DNA of 64,000 nt from NCBI RefSeq assembly GCF_018350175.1, contig NC_058377.1, forward strand, positions 60,946,001 through 61,010,000, given 5' to 3'. Of this stretch, positions 25,322-39,113 are shown piece after piece; positions within the stretch are counted from its first letter, which is position 1; every line of letters starts with the position of its first letter. The stretch is from Felis catus (Eukaryota). Made by a program: the position numbers and the translations under genes. The notes beneath the pieces are model-generated. The model was not told the DNA's origin and searched no databases. It saw nothing but the letters and a program-made list of their open reading frames with translations.

Positions 25322-25560
25322 TTTTTTTTTAAATTATTTTTTTATTAAAAAAATTAATGTTTATTTATTTTTGAGAGAAAGAGAAACATAGAGTGTGAAC
25401 AGTGGAGGGGCAGAGAGAGAGGGAGACACAGAATCCAAAGCAGGCTCCAGGTTCTGAGCTGTCAACACAGAGCACAATGCAGGGCTTGAACTCACAAAGC
25501 ACGAGATCACGACTTGCACCAAAGTCAAATGTTCAACCAATTGAGCCACCTAGGTGCCTC
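25322..25560 (-). mobile_element. Can-SINE
   Basis: Full diverged body ending gagccacctaggtgcc. Confidence 0.9.
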
Positions 25561-26289
25561 ACCACTTCCAGACACTTTTTATTGGAGCCAACCACTTGTG
25601 TCACTCCTTGTGCGAAAGCCTGTGGAATAAATGAAGTCATGAGGCTGCCAGCAGCCTGGGATCAATAGGAAATACTTTGGTTAAGTGATCCAGAAAAGAA
25701 AATGTTCAAGGAATAAAGGCTGATGAATGTTTAGTGTTTATCACTTCTTGTAATCGTATAACTTATTTCATTGTTTGATAAACTAATTTTTAATAAGCCC
25801 ACTGGCAGCAAAGATCCTGCAAAAATTAAAGTTCATACTTTTTAAGTTCTCTGTTAGTGCTTCTTGGGAAATTTGATAATGAATTCATAACTTGAGCAAA
25901 ATCTTTGCAAATGTGTGACATCACTATAGTGGCTAACTTGATAGAATTGATCCCATAACAACCAGAAGAAAAAAAATTAATATCTACTTCTAAAGTAGGT
26001 GAATTCTCTTAAGAACATTGTATGTGATGGTGATAATTTACCATACATAGATACTGAAGGCAGATTTCATGCTACATTCTCATGATTTTTCAAAAAGATT
26101 AAATAATTGTCTATTCAAAATAAGTGTATTCCCTTTTTATTACACATTTTTCAGTCATTGTGAAAAGGGACAGGATAGCTGTTACAGTGTTGATTTCATT
26201 AGCATAAACTAAATTATGTTCATTTTACATCACTATTCAGATGCTTTAAACAGAAAATAATTTTTTTTTCAACTTTGTGTTTTGTATTT

Positions 26290-27335
26290 ATATTCTTAAG
26301 CTTTACAGAGATATAATTGACATACAACATTGGGTAAAGTTTAAGGTATATGATACACTGATTTGATACACTTACATGTTGCAAAAGGGTCACTACTGAG
26401 GCATTAGCTAATACTTTTATCATGTCATACAATTACTGTTGCCGTTTTGTGGTGAGAACATTTAGGATCTAGTGTCTTAAGAACAGTCAGGTTATAATAC
26501 ATTCTTGTCAACTATCATCACAATACTGTGTGTATTAGATCCTAGAAATTATTCCTTTTCAAACTGTAAGTTTGTACCCTTTAACCAACATCTCCCCATT
26601 TCCCTGACTCCTTATTCCCTGGTAACCACCATTCTACTCTGTTTCTATAAGTTCAGTTTGGATTATATATATAAGTTATATCACACAGTATTTGTCTTTT
26701 TTCCCTCTGACTTATTTCACTCGGCATAATGTCCCCCCAAACCATTCATGTTGTTACAAGTGACACACTGTCCTTATTTCCCCTAGCTGAATAAATAATT
26801 CATGTATGTGTATGTAGCACATCTGTATCCATTCATCCATTGATGGATGCTTAGGCTTTTTCTATACCTTGGCTATTGTGCATAATGCAACAAACAGAAG
26901 AATAGATGTCTCTTTTATATCTTGCTTTTATTTCCTTTGGATATGTACCCAGAAGTAGGATGTTAGTTATATTTTTAATATTTTGAGGGACCTCTATACT
27001 ATTATTCATAGTGGTTGCACCAATTTACAAAGCCACCAATAGTGCACAGGTGATCCCTTTTCTCTGTATCCTCACCAGCACTTGTTATCTCTTGGCTTTT
27101 TGATGACAGTCATTCTAACAAGTATGACTTGCAATTTTGACTTGCAGTTTTGACTTGCAATCCCTGATGATTAATGATATTGAACATCTTTTCATGTACT
27201 AGTTGGCTATTTGTATGTCTTCTTGGAAAAATGTTTATTCAGTTCCCTTGCCCATTTTTTGAATCAGGTTTTTTTTGTTATTGAATTATATGAGTTCTTT
27301 ACATATTTTGGATATTAATCACTTATCAGATATTT
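26290..27335 (-). mobile_element. Older L1 3' end (L1MA-like)
   Basis: Reverse-complement L1 3' UTR and ORF2 end (ggtaaccaccattctactctgtttctat; atccattcatccattgatggatgcttagg). Confidence 0.85.
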
Positions 27336-27988
27336 GTATAAGGGCAGAAACACAATGGACAAAAGATTGAACAGATGCTTCAAAATGAGAAAATAGAAAT
27401 GCCCAATAAACATATATGAATACAGGAGTATGATTTTAAGTTAGCAGAAAATTAACATATGATATTGATGGCCGATCTTTTTCAAGATTTGGGATTCTAG
27501 AACACCTAGCTGACTTGTTCCAGGATATGCTAGCAACTGAACCAAGAACAAGAGTTGATGTGTATAGCTGTTAAATTTGAATATGGCCTCCAAGGTCTTC
27601 TACTCTGTTTGTCCATTTTCTATTGGATTATTTGTCTTTTCCTAATGATTTGTAAATTTTTTCTTTTCTCTCTTTCTTTTTTATTTTTAATAAATGTAGG
27701 CTAAGCCATTTGTTGGTAATCTGTAATACATATTTTCTAAATCCTGTTTAAACTATTGTGATCAGATTTATATGCATTCCATATGTCTTTGCTGTTTTTC
27801 ACTTGTGATTAAGTATTGTTAATACCTTATTAGTGAATTCTTTTACTTTCCCAGAAGGTTTCTATCAGTCTTCCACTGAATGCCTTTCTGAGGGACTTCC
27901 CCGACATCAGATTATCCCCAGCTATAGCCTAACTCAAGGCAATCTGGATAACCATGGGATTACTATTTAGTTTGACAATTACATTTAG

Positions 27989-28213
27989 ACTAGGGTTCTA
28001 ATTATGATATTTGGGCTGGATGGTTATTTTTTGTAGAGTGTACTGTGCATGCAGGGTGTGTCATGTAAGATGCTCTGGCAGCATCCCTAGCCTTTACCCA
28101 GTTGATGTTGATAACATACCTCCCTCCCAGGTTACAAAAACCAAAATTGTTTCCAGATATTGCCAAATGTCTCCTGGTAGCTAAATTGTTCCCAGTTGGG
28201 TACCATTGTTTTA
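27989..28213. mobile_element. MER20 hAT DNA transposon
   Basis: gcagcatccctagcctttacccag...ccagatattgccaaatgtctcctgg...cccagttgggtaccattg. Confidence 0.8.
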
Positions 28214-30411
28214 GGAGGCCCAGAGTTCGGCTTTCATTCCTCCAGGAACATGTGGAAATAATCATGGTGACTGTAAAGTCCCCCATCCCTACTGGCATTT
28301 TGTAGCTTCATCTTCCTTTTGTTTTAGTTTATTGAGGAGGACAGAAACAACCTGAGATTGTTTCGAGAGTGCAGAGTGTGACATCGCTGTACAGTAACCC
28401 ATGAGAATTTAATACCTCTCAAATCCATGTTATTATCCCTCCTCTTATTAATAGACACTGTTGAAGCCTTCACTTTGTGATGCCTATCTTCACACTGGAA
28501 AAATATGAGCTTCCATTTCTTATAATTAATAAAGCATGTCTAACTTGTGCTTTGTTGTGCTACAGCCCTCAGTGCCCATGGCTACATCTGTAAGGTTATG
28601 GGAAAATTATGCAAGGCACAAAAGCACGTAGCACCCTGATCTGATGATAGAATTATGGACACAGATGCAATGCTGAATGTGAAGGCTAAAATGTAGCCCA
28701 ATGGTACTATCCTGGGGTATAAAAGATGAGGTGTCACTCCCAACTTTTGACTTTCTGTCTTTGCGAATTCGGTAAGACAATTTCTCAGAGCTTCAATCTC
28801 TTCAACAACCGAAAAAATAGGAAGAGTGATAAGTAAAATTGGATACGTGAGAATCAAAGTAGAAAGTGTGCCGAGGTAAATTTTACATATATTAGCATTT
28901 CAAATGCAATGCATGTATCTGTGAAAGCTTTTCATTAGTTGCTAGATACTATCTCCTTATAGGCTGAGTATTATTCTTAAGCATATGACACTGCTGGAAA
29001 TTGTCTCTTGATTTACCTGAGGATAAATTTGCAAGAGATTTAACTGGTTTGTGGTGAAGACTTGGGTCAATGAGTGGGCATAAGAAAATGTAAGAAACTT
29101 TTCTATAATCTACAAGGTTTTTAGGTTATATTAGGAAGAGAATTTGAACCATTCATCACCCACAAACCTAAGGCAAAAATTCCTCCCTAATCCCATATAA
29201 TTTTTTCCTACTTTCAAAATCTGTGAGTGTCTGTAACATGTGTACTTTTGCAATAAACAACTTAAGAAAGTTTTGTCCAATCTTGGAGTACTTTTGAACT
29301 CTTTAACAAACAATTTCCCGTTATAAAACATGGCCTCATTTCCACATTCATTTGTTAATAGTTATTTATCAGAGATCTATTCTGTGCCAGAAATATCCTA
29401 CATATTAGACACAAAGACATAAAGAAAATAGATGTGGTTCTTCCTTCACTGATAACAGACTCTTTTTTTGGAAGAAGAAAAAAGAAAACTCATTGCAAAT
29501 CATATAATGAGTATAATGTATAAAGAATAAAAAAACAATTTCATAAAGAGAGGGTCATACTTTGAATTGAGGGTATAGATAATATATGAGGAAATTATAA
29601 AAAAGGTGAATAGAAATGAGTTATATGAAATTTAAGTCAAGAGCAGTCTAAGAAAAGGGGACAGATAATGAAAACTTACAAGAAATAGAAAAATTTGTAA
29701 ATCCAACAAATTTTCAGAAGGCCAATTTGGTTGTAGTTTGATTATCTGACAATGTTGGAGAGACAGAGACGGTCTAGAGCATGTATTGTTTTATATTATG
29801 TACTTTATTGATTTAATTATTTAAAATATTAATTATAGTCCCAAAGAAATCCAAGTTCATATTTAAAAGACACATTACTTCATTCTATTCTTCTTTTTTA
29901 AAAAATAACTCGCACAGATGATCAGTTAGAAAGCAGCAAAAGTAAACATTTAGAAACTAAATAGTTTCTTGCAGTATTTTACTAAAGAGATGCTAGTGAG
30001 GTGCTTGGATGAGTAAAACAATGAGGTGAGAAAATTAAGACATAATTTGAGGCTAGAATCGAAAGAACTAAGAACTTAGTATAAATAGATTGAACGCAGG
30101 GACGAGGAGTACACTCCTGGTAGACAGACACTACCATTTCACTATATTGATTGAAATTTGTTGTTTTTATCAGAGGTGACATCATAAGGTTTCTATTATT
30201 ATTGTGTTAACTGGGATAGAGTCCCAGGATATACTTCTTGTTTCCTGTTTTATGTTCGTGTTCAGTATCCTGTTTGAATAAAATAAATCTGCTGATAAAA
30301 CAAGAAAAGTGTATTGATGATTATTTGTGGCAAATATTAGCTTTTTCACAAACTGACCTTGATCTCTTATATAAGAAATTTCCCCAGTATGCATCCTACA
30401 TTGTCTGATTG

Positions 30412-31353
30412 TTACATCTGCTTCTGACATAATTTTGCTACAACTCTTACTCTAATTTGTCTCGTTTTCACACAGTACACAATGGGATTCATCATTGGAG
30501 GCACAAGTAAAAGAACATTTGCCATGAGAACATTGAAGAGAGGGGAGACATGTCGGACAAACCGATGGACAATGGAAAGGTTAATGATGGGCAGATAGAA
30601 GATGATCACTGCACAGATGTGTGAAACACAAGTATTGAGGGCCTTGAGCTGCTCCTTTCGGGATGCAATTCCCAGCACAGTCTTGAGGATCAGGAAGTAA
30701 GACACAGCAATAAGCATAAAGTCTACCATAACCCACAGTACTCCAAAAAAGCCATATATGACATCAATTCGGTTGTCAGAGCAGGCCAACTTCATGACAT
30801 CCTGGTGGAGACAGTAGGAATGGGATAATTGGCTTTTATTACAATATTTCAAACTCCTCAAAGTGAAGGGGAAGGGTAGCACTAGGAGGACACTCTTAAG
30901 GGATATCACTATTCCTATTTTGACAACTCTGATAGGAGTAAGAATGGATCTGTATCTCAGAGGGCTGTGGATGGCTAGGAAGCGGTCAAACGACATGATC
31001 AAGAGCACTGAAGATTCCACTGCTGCAAATCCATGGATGAAGAATTCTTGGGCAAAGCAGGCATTGGCAGAAATTTCAGGGGCATTGAATAAGAAGATCC
31101 TCCACATGGTGGGTAGAGAAGAGAAGGACAGGCCCATGTCAGACATGGCTAACATGGAAAGGAAGTAGTACATGGGCTCATGCAAAGAGGGCTCTGTCTT
31201 GATGACCAAAAGGATGGTGCAGTTTCCCAGAATAGCAAAAATATACATGCTACATATGGGGATAGAGATCCAGATGTGTGCATATTCCAGCCCTGGCATC
31301 CCAACCAAGAAGAAGGTGGTGATTTCAACATCCGATGTATTAATAATGGACAT
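30412..31353 (-). CDS. OR51A4: Class I olfactory receptor OR51A4/OR51A2-like, 313 aa, intact
   Basis: MSIINTSDVEITTFFLVGMPGLEYAHIW start, MSFDRFLAIH, DNRIDVIYGFFG, IRVRVVAKLCQ end, as recalled for the human OR51A4/A2 pair (probably co-orthologous). An in-frame ATG one codon upstream (31356) is an alternative start. Confidence 0.85.
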   Translation of the reverse strand: MSIINTSDVEITTFFLVGMPGLEYAHIWISIPICSMYIFAILGNCTILLVIKTEPSLHEPMYYFLSMLAMSDMGLSFSSLPTMWRIFLFNAPEISANACFAQEFFIHGFAAVESSVLLIMSFDRFLAIHSPLRYRSILTPIRVVKIGIVISLKSVLLVLPFPFTLRSLKYCNKSQLSHSYCLHQDVMKLACSDNRIDVIYGFFGVLWVMVDFMLIAVSYFLILKTVLGIASRKEQLKALNTCVSHICAVIIFYLPIINLSIVHRFVRHVSPLFNVLMANVLLLVPPMMNPIVYCVKTRQIRVRVVAKLCQKQM

Positions 31354-31638
31354 CATACATTTAAAGGACTCTGCAATGAAACAGAGATTCTTGAGTTGGT
31401 AAAATATGAATATCTGGAAATTTGCTAGAAAAAAATGCAGTTGTTGAAATTTCTGGCTCTTTTTAAGCTCTCTTTTGGAAGAATACAATATTTATGTGAC
31501 TATCATATAGTGAGAAGTGGATGCCAATTTAGACTAAAATCTGCCTGTAGAATACATGAAGAAAATTTCTTTTGGCCATATTTTTCCTATAGAAAAACTA
31601 GAAATTCATTTTGTATTCAGATATTAATTTAATTTCAT

Positions 31639-31732
31639 TTTCCCTTTAAGATATTAGTAAACTCTAGTCAAGTAATGTGGAAATACTAATATTTCCCTTT
31701 AAAATATTAGTAAACTCTAGTCAAGTAATGTG
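31639..31732. repeat. Tandem duplication, 53-bp period
   Basis: tttccctttaaRatattagtaaactctagtcaagtaatgtg at 31639 and 31692. Confidence 0.95.
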
Positions 31733-32278
31733 TAATTCCCTATTTCTTGCTTTCACATTACAGGTAAGAAGTTGGGTAAAATATATGATTTCTAAAATGA
31801 CACTATGAAGGCAAAAGAATCTCACAACCCAGTATCTTCCTACCTATTCCACAAAAATATTCTTTCACAAGCTACCCTTAGTTCTATTCCCTGCCATCTG
31901 AAAATTGTTGGTTATTTAAAAATGCTTTTAAAAATTCCCACTGTTTCCAAATCCTGTATATATTTGTAAGGGCAGTTACTGCAGAGATTATTGACGTATT
32001 ATGTCTCATGTTTTCCTGACCTGGAATTTGTGATCACTTGTGTAGTGTTGACAGAAGAATGATAATAATGATATAGTATCACAATTTAAGAGAATCTGAA
32101 TTCTGTTGAAGAATGATTTCCTATTTACATAGTCTCCAAAGGACAATTTTACCAGAGATATGGCCTTTGGAGTCTTCTTCCTTTTGTATATGAAGTTGTA
32201 TGTGGTTGATTGCCAAAAAAAAAAAAAAAAAAAAAAAAAGAGTGAAAACAAAATAGATGAGGATATCTGAGTACTTAC

Positions 32279-32440
32279 CAAAAAGGGGACATTTTGGAGA
32301 ACACTTCTGAGAGTAGCTGAAGGATTCCAACAAAGTCCCAGAAGTTACCCAAGGCACTTCCTTATATATAAAGGCTTGCCTCTTTTTCTCTTTCTCAGTC
32401 TTGTACCTGCCCAAGAGGCACTGAACCCTTGGGGAATTCC
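32279..32440 (-). promoter_or_regulatory. Candidate OR51A4-like promoter and first exon
   Basis: O/E ACCCTTGGGGAA (32425-32436), TATA-like TTTATATATAAG on minus (32361-32372), donor TG|GTAAGT at 32278, acceptor tctctgtttcattgcag| at 31371. Confidence 0.55.
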
Positions 32441-34488
32441 AACCAGGACAAGTCTTTTCTGAGAATAGGAATAAACTTGTGCAGATGCAATAAATACACA
32501 GAGATGGTTAATACCAAAGAAGTGAAATAAGTATCTAGACTTTGAATTAGGGACCATTTTGTTTGGAGAGAGGCCTTTAATAACCAGGAGTGGTAAAGAC
32601 CTGGTAAATCCTGTGAAAAGTCTCTGACACTTCCTTTGGGTTTTTGGCTCAGATATTACTCCTCTGTTCTGAAAAGTGTCAAAGCAGAAATGCTGTGAGT
32701 TAAATCAGTGCATTCAAGGAAGTGATGTAGGACAAACACCTTATGATATACATTTTTAGCCTTCTGGTTAACTCCAGGGCCTGTATCCATCCTTCTAGAT
32801 CCTTACTCCTAGACATCACTAACTAAATATCCCTTAAAATCAACTTATCCAATAGACTTCATTGTCTCCTTTTCCAATTCTGATCTCTTCTTAGGGAGCT
32901 ATCTCTATAAGAAGCCTTTATGCTTAATATTTAACAAACCCCAAATCTGAGCCCTTTAACCTCTTCTCACTCACATTTTGTTTATAGCAATAGCCAACAC
33001 TTGTAGAGAATTTAAACTGTTCCACTTATTTTCATTCATTATTGATGATGATTTTGAGTCCTTGGATCTTTTAAACATGACAAGTACACTTATTGTCTTC
33101 ATTTTACTGATGAAGAAAATGTTCTCAAGGAGGTCAAGTAGTCTCTCCAAGATCATTGTACAGTAGAGGTAAGGTAGGAACTCAGGTCTTCTGGATTCCA
33201 GATAACTAAGCATATTTCATGCAATGGGGATGGCCGATCAATATTTATGGAGTTATAGATCAAATGGATGGTAGAATTTTATAGTATTTTCTTCACTCTA
33301 AACTGCCTATTAGTTAATTCTAGGGGTTATATGGAACATGTAACCTCACATTTGTTGACCTTTCAACAAAGAAAATACTAAAGGATTCCAGAGAAAATTC
33401 TCTTGAAGCAAAAAATGTATTTATATATACACTCACCTTCATTAATACAGAGTCTTGGATGAGAACTAATATTGAGTAGATCAAAGAGAGGAAGTATAAC
33501 AAAGTATTACCATAACCCTCTACAATAACCTCTCTTTAACTTTTTGAAAGTCACTTTATTTTACACAGGTCCTATTGTTTTCATCCTCCTCAGAGGATGA
33601 AAGTTCCTTTGGCTATATTGTCAGGAATTCTCCATCTTCAACTCTTGCTTTGTATCTCAACTTTCCAGTTCCTTCTCATAAAGGAGATGGCAGAGTGCAT
33701 CTGGGTTTTTATTATTATTGTGTGTGTCACAATTGCAATAATGGTGTTATATGTTTATTGGCTTATTGCCAAACTTTGGAGACTGATTCCATTTGTTCTA
33801 TGATAATATTAATAAGCTACAACAGGGAAGTTATCACATCTGTTATTGTTATTTTGATATTTCCAGTCCCTAGCATGTTGAAAGGCATGTAGTAGCTTAG
33901 TAGATGTTTGTTGAATCAATTAATGAATGAATTGCATTGTAAAACATGGCATCTTAAATCATATACTGTTTTTAACTTCGTTGTCTTTAGTATCTTTCCC
34001 ATTTGGCTATGCTTGCTATGAAGTAAAAGGATAGATTGTGGTAAATCTAACATCTGTTCATATGGACTTTTACTGTGTAAGCTGGCATTATTTATATTTT
34101 TGCATGCATAATTTATATAATCTTATTTTGAAAGTTTTATCCGCATATAGATTATTATTCAAAGATAGAATATTAATAGGCAATAGGATTAATTATGCAT
34201 ATATATCATAATTATTAACATTTGATCATATAAGTTTAAAGCATTTTTTAATAATAGAAAGACATTACAGATTAATTGAAGTTTCTTGGCTCTGTGCACC
34301 AAATGTTAATAAAAATATGCATGTCAAACAGATGGGACAGCTTGAGCAATCCCTCAATGGAAACATATAGGTAAAGTTCATTTATTAGGAAAGAACAGTT
34401 AAAAACAAAGATATAACTTCAGTTATATTCAGGAAGAGGGTTTCATGACTCTTGGATAGGTGCTGTCAGTGAAGATAACATACAGCTA

Positions 34489-34654
34489 GGGGCACCTGGG
34501 TGACTCAGTGGGTTGAGCCTCCGACTTTGGCTCAGGTCATGATCTCACAGCTCATGGGTTCAAGCCCCACATCGGGCTCTGTGCTGACAAGCTCAGAGCC
34601 TGGCGCCTGCTCCAGATTCTGTGTCTCCCTCTCTCTCTGTCCCTCCCCCACTCA

Positions 34655-34704
<50 letters not shown>

Positions 34705-34733
34705 GATAAATAAACATTAAAAACATTTTAAAA
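34489..34733 (+). mobile_element. Can-SINE with expanded (CT)n
   Basis: Full body; TSD AAGATAACATACA. Confidence 0.92.
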
Positions 34734-35750
34734 AAGATAACATACACCTGGATGCCTGTCTCTATTCTTAAGCATAAGATTCCAGAGATGACTATTTTTC
34801 CATAATGATTCACGATTATTACTAAATACATTGGTTTGTAATTACTCGTGTAATGATGTTTGTATTTTCTGGGAACTACCCCTACAATCCCTATAGGCCA
34901 TCATATGAGCTCATTTCTCATGTATATTTTAATAATCATTTTCCTTAAGTAATGGTTTTGACATATTATTTCTCACTGATATCATTCTGCCAACTTTGGC
35001 AGTTCTAGTAGACATCTACTGCGTTTGTTTGCTATCATTTTCATTTATTTGTTTTTGTTTGGTTTATTCCAGTCCATTTCAGCAACTTTCCTAGAAAGAG
35101 AAATCCTTATTTTCTCTCAAACATTGGAATCACAATGTTTGAGGTAGTGGCATAGGACTAATTTTATACATGACTAATTTTGCCATTGGCATTAAACTTG
35201 TCTCCGTGGATATAGTGTCCATTCTCTTTAGGATATTAAGAAAGCAGTATTCAACCCCTTCCCTAGATCTCTAAGTGGAGATGATAATATGAGTTCTCTC
35301 TCCTCTGTTAGATAAGATGTAAGAAGTGTCCCCACTGCTTGTTTATCCAGCTTGTGACCACTTACCATACCATGTGGGTTAGCTTCATTCAGAATACTGA
35401 CAAAGTAGAAAAGAGAGGTGAAGACAGTTAGAGTTAGTGGTGACCTCTTTCCTGCACTGAAGTATGCTGTAGCCTCCCCCCTTGCAGGTTCCTATAACTT
35501 TTACTCCATATCCATGAGCCATTTTAATATCTAAATGTTTTGTTTTTGAGATAATATTATCTGGTTTGTTGTCACTTGTATTGGAGTGTGTACCTCACTA
35601 AAGCAAGCTTTTTGATTTTCAGAGTTGAGTGTGGATTAATGATATTCATTTATATTAGAATTAGGTTTAAATTCAGCAGGGAACTTTTAGTGAGATCCTA
35701 TAGATCTGATGAGATCTTATATATATTTGATATTACTCCATTTTAAAAAT

Positions 35751-37544
35751 TAAATTCTTTTTTCAGCACTTTAAAAAAATTATTTTAGGGTAAGAGAGAG
35801 AGAGAGAATGAGAATCTTAAGCAGGCTCTACACTCAGTACAGACCCGGACACAGGGGGTTCCATCCACAACCCTGGGATAATGACATGAGCCAAAATCAA
35901 AAGCCAGGTGCTCAACTGACTGACCCACCCAGGTGCCCCTTAAAAATTAAATTCTAAAGAAAGTGCTCATCAAGATAAGTGTACTCTTAATCCCCTTTAC
36001 CTATTTCACTTATTCCTGTTTCCTCTGGTAGTGACCAGTTTGTTCTGTGTATTTAAGAATCTGGGTTTGTTTTTATCTCCTTTTTAATGTTTGGTCATTT
36101 GTTTTGTTTCTTAAATTCCATATATGAGTGTTTGTCTTTATCTGACTGACTTTTTATTTCACTTAGCATTATACCTTGCTACAAATAACAAGATCTCATT
36201 CTTTTTATAGCTGAGTAATATTCTTTTGTATACATACATACATACATATATATATATTTCTTTATCATTTACCTATTAAGGGACAGTTGGATTGCTTCCC
36301 TATCTTTGCTATTACAAATAATGTTGCAATAAATATAGGGGTGCATATCTCTTTTCAGATTAGTGTTTTTGTTTATTTTGGGTAAATATGCAGCAGTGGA
36401 ATTACTGGATTATATATGGTAATTCTATTTTTAATTTTTTTAGGAACCTTCATACTTTTTTTTTCCACAGTGGCTGTAACCAATTTACATCCCCACCAAC
36501 AGTGCACAGGGGTTCTTTTTTCTCTGCATCCTTGCTAACATTTGTTATTACTTGCCTTTTTGATTTTAGCTGTTCTGGTGGATATAAGGTAAAGGCTCGT
36601 GGTAATTGTGATTTGCCTTTCCCAGATGATTAGTAATGTTGAGCATCTTTTCACATGTCTGTTGGCCATTTGTATGCCTTTTTTGGAAAATGTCTCTTCA
36701 GTTCCTCTGGTCAATTTTTTTTTTAACGTTTATTTATTTTTGAGACAGAGAGAGACAGAGCATGAATGGGGGAGGGGCAGAGAGAGAGGGAGACACAGAA
36801 TCGGAAGCAGGCTCCAGGCTCTGAGCCATCAGCCCAGAGCCTGACACGGGGCTCTAACTCATGGACCGTGAGATCGTGACCTGAGCTGAAGTCGGGCCCT
36901 TAACCCACTGAGCCACCCAGGCGCTCCTCCTCTGGTCATTTTTAATCAGATTATTTGTTTTTATGTGTTGGGTTCTATAAGTTCTTTATCTGTTTTGTCT
37001 ATTAAACCCTTAAAATACATATCATTTGCAAATATCTTCTCCCATTCAGTACATTTCCTTTTTTTTATTGATAGTTTTTTTTACTGTGCAAAGGCTTTTT
37101 ATTTTGGATTAGGGTCTAACGGTTTAATTTTGCTTTTGTTTCCTTTGCCATGAGGATACATATGTAGAAAAATGTTTCTATAGATGCTGTCAAAGAAATT
37201 ACTGCCTATGTTTTCTTCTAGGAGTTTTTTTGGTTTCATGTCTCACATAGACCCTTAATCCATTTTGAGTTTATTTTTGTGTATGGTGTAAGAAAGCAGC
37301 CAGTTTCATTCTTTTGCATTTCACTGTCCAGTTTTCCCAATACCCATTTGTTAAAGAGATTATCTTTTTTCATTGTACATTTTTGCTTTCATTATGGTAT
37401 TAATTGACCCCATAAGTATGGTTGTATTTCTGGGCTCTTTGTTTTGTTACTTTGATCTATGGGTCTATTTTTGTGCTAGTACCATACTGTTTTGATAACT
37501 ACCACTTTGTAGTATATTTTGAAATCTGGGATTATGATACCCAG
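35751..37544 (-). mobile_element. 5'-truncated L1 with two nested Can-SINEs (35759-35939, 36714-36927)
   Basis: 19-bp TSD ATTACTCCATTTTAAAAAT at 35732-35750 and 37545-37563; SINE TSDs TTAAAAATTAAATTCT and TCCTCTGGTCA. Confidence 0.9.
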
Positions 37545-38446
37545 ATTACTCCATTTTAAAAATGATGTCTAAGTACTATTTACATAGCTTTTATTTTCCT
37601 TTCTGTTCCAGTTAGTTAATTTGTAGAATAGGTGAGTTCCACATTAACAGGGTTCCCCAGACATAGTTTAATTTGATTCTTTGGATTTACTATCATACAT
37701 TTTATTCATATTTGCAAAATTGATTAGAACCATGTTATTTTTTAAGTATTACAAAGTTTATGAAAAGTAGATTGCAAATGAAATATAGTAAAAATGGAAA
37801 AGTACAGCAGTTTTGATGGTTTTTCACAGTGATACAGTTATGAAAGGCACATATTCACATTTGACCTAATCATCTAAGGATGGCTAAATCCACCTGTTTA
37901 GGCTTTACAACCACATGTACAGGTATCTCTGTATGTAAATATTTACATGTATTTGCATGTACTTATTTGTTGTTCTTCTGTATATTAACAGAACAGTAAT
38001 TCAACTGTATCTTTTTCATTAAAGGATGTGTAGATTTAGTCCCCTTAAGGCTACCAGTGTTCCCAAGCTATCTAAGAGGAGCCTGCTTTTCCTAGAACCT
38101 CTAGAGCAAGCATGCACATCCTTCATAAACACTTAGAACTATTTTATTCTCTTAATCAAGGGAAATGGTGAAAGCACACTTCCAAATAAGAACGCTGATA
38201 GACATAAAAATATTTATACTTGTATTTTAGTGATTTATCATACAGCTCTTATTAAAGTGATTTCTAAGGCTATAAAGCCACTCCCTCTTCTACAGGTACA
38301 GAAAAATCATCTAGATCCCATAGCAGGGCTTTGTCAAATAGAAAATTTGCTATTAACATAAAATGTTTAATAAACACAAGAACAACTAGGATATTCCAGG
38401 TCCTTTGCTGGGTATTGACAAAGACAGAAGTGAAACTCTGCTTCTT

Positions 38447-38695
38447 TTTTTTTTATTTATTTAAAAAAATTTTTTTAATCTTTATTTTTGAGAGAGAGAA
38501 ACAGAATGTGAGTGGGGGAGGGGTACAGAGAGAGGGAGACACAGATTCTGAAGCAGGCTCCAGGCTCTGAGCTGTCAGCACAGAGCCTGACACAGGGCTG
38601 GAACTCACGAGACACGGGGCTTGAACTCAGGAACCGTGAGATCATGACCTGAACTGAAGTCAGACGCCCAACCAACTGTGCCACCCAGGCACTTC
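38447..38695 (-). mobile_element. Can-SINE with internal 22-bp duplication
   Basis: TSD TGAAACTCTGCTTCTT; gacacagggctggaactca and gacacggggcttgaactca in tandem. Confidence 0.92.
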
Positions 38696-39067
38696 ATGAA
38701 ACTCTGCTTCTTAAGTCACTCATACATTGATTAAAAATGTAGACAATTTAAAATAAATTTAAAATACTGTTTAAAAATTTAGATTTAAATTTAAAAATTT
38801 AAAAGTACTATCGTTTAGTATCATAACAGTAGTAAACAAAGAATGTTGTGCAGACTTAGGTAAAGCATAGTTAACCAATATACACTTAAAGGAGGTCATT
38901 TGTGGAGTCTATTGCAAACTATTGAAAATATAAATAAGTGAAATATCTGCTTATCTATGTTTTGAATTTAATTTAAATTATTTTATGTATGTGAGCCTTA
39001 CCTCTCCAAACACATCTCACAGTCCTATAAGGCAGAGAATTTTTAATAGATTATATGAATTGCTGAT

Positions 39068-39072
<5 letters not shown>

Positions 39073-39111
<39 letters not shown>
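39073..39111. repeat. (CA)n microsatellite
   Basis: Direct reading. Confidence 0.97.

Positions 39112-39113
<2 letters not shown>

Noticed and set aside
19250-27160. Short direct repeats (ctgtaaga-like x4 at 19250; agagctgaacagaa x2 at 24871; tgacttgca x3 at 27125)
   Set aside because: Slippage repeats without spacers; not CRISPR-like and no functional evidence.
2256-29103. AAACTTTTC motif (recalled from the class I OR J enhancer) at ~2256, ~19802 (reverse) and 29095
   Set aside because: Isolated hits in AT-rich or repeat sequence without clustered homeodomain and O/E sites; I recall the J element lying elsewhere in the cluster.
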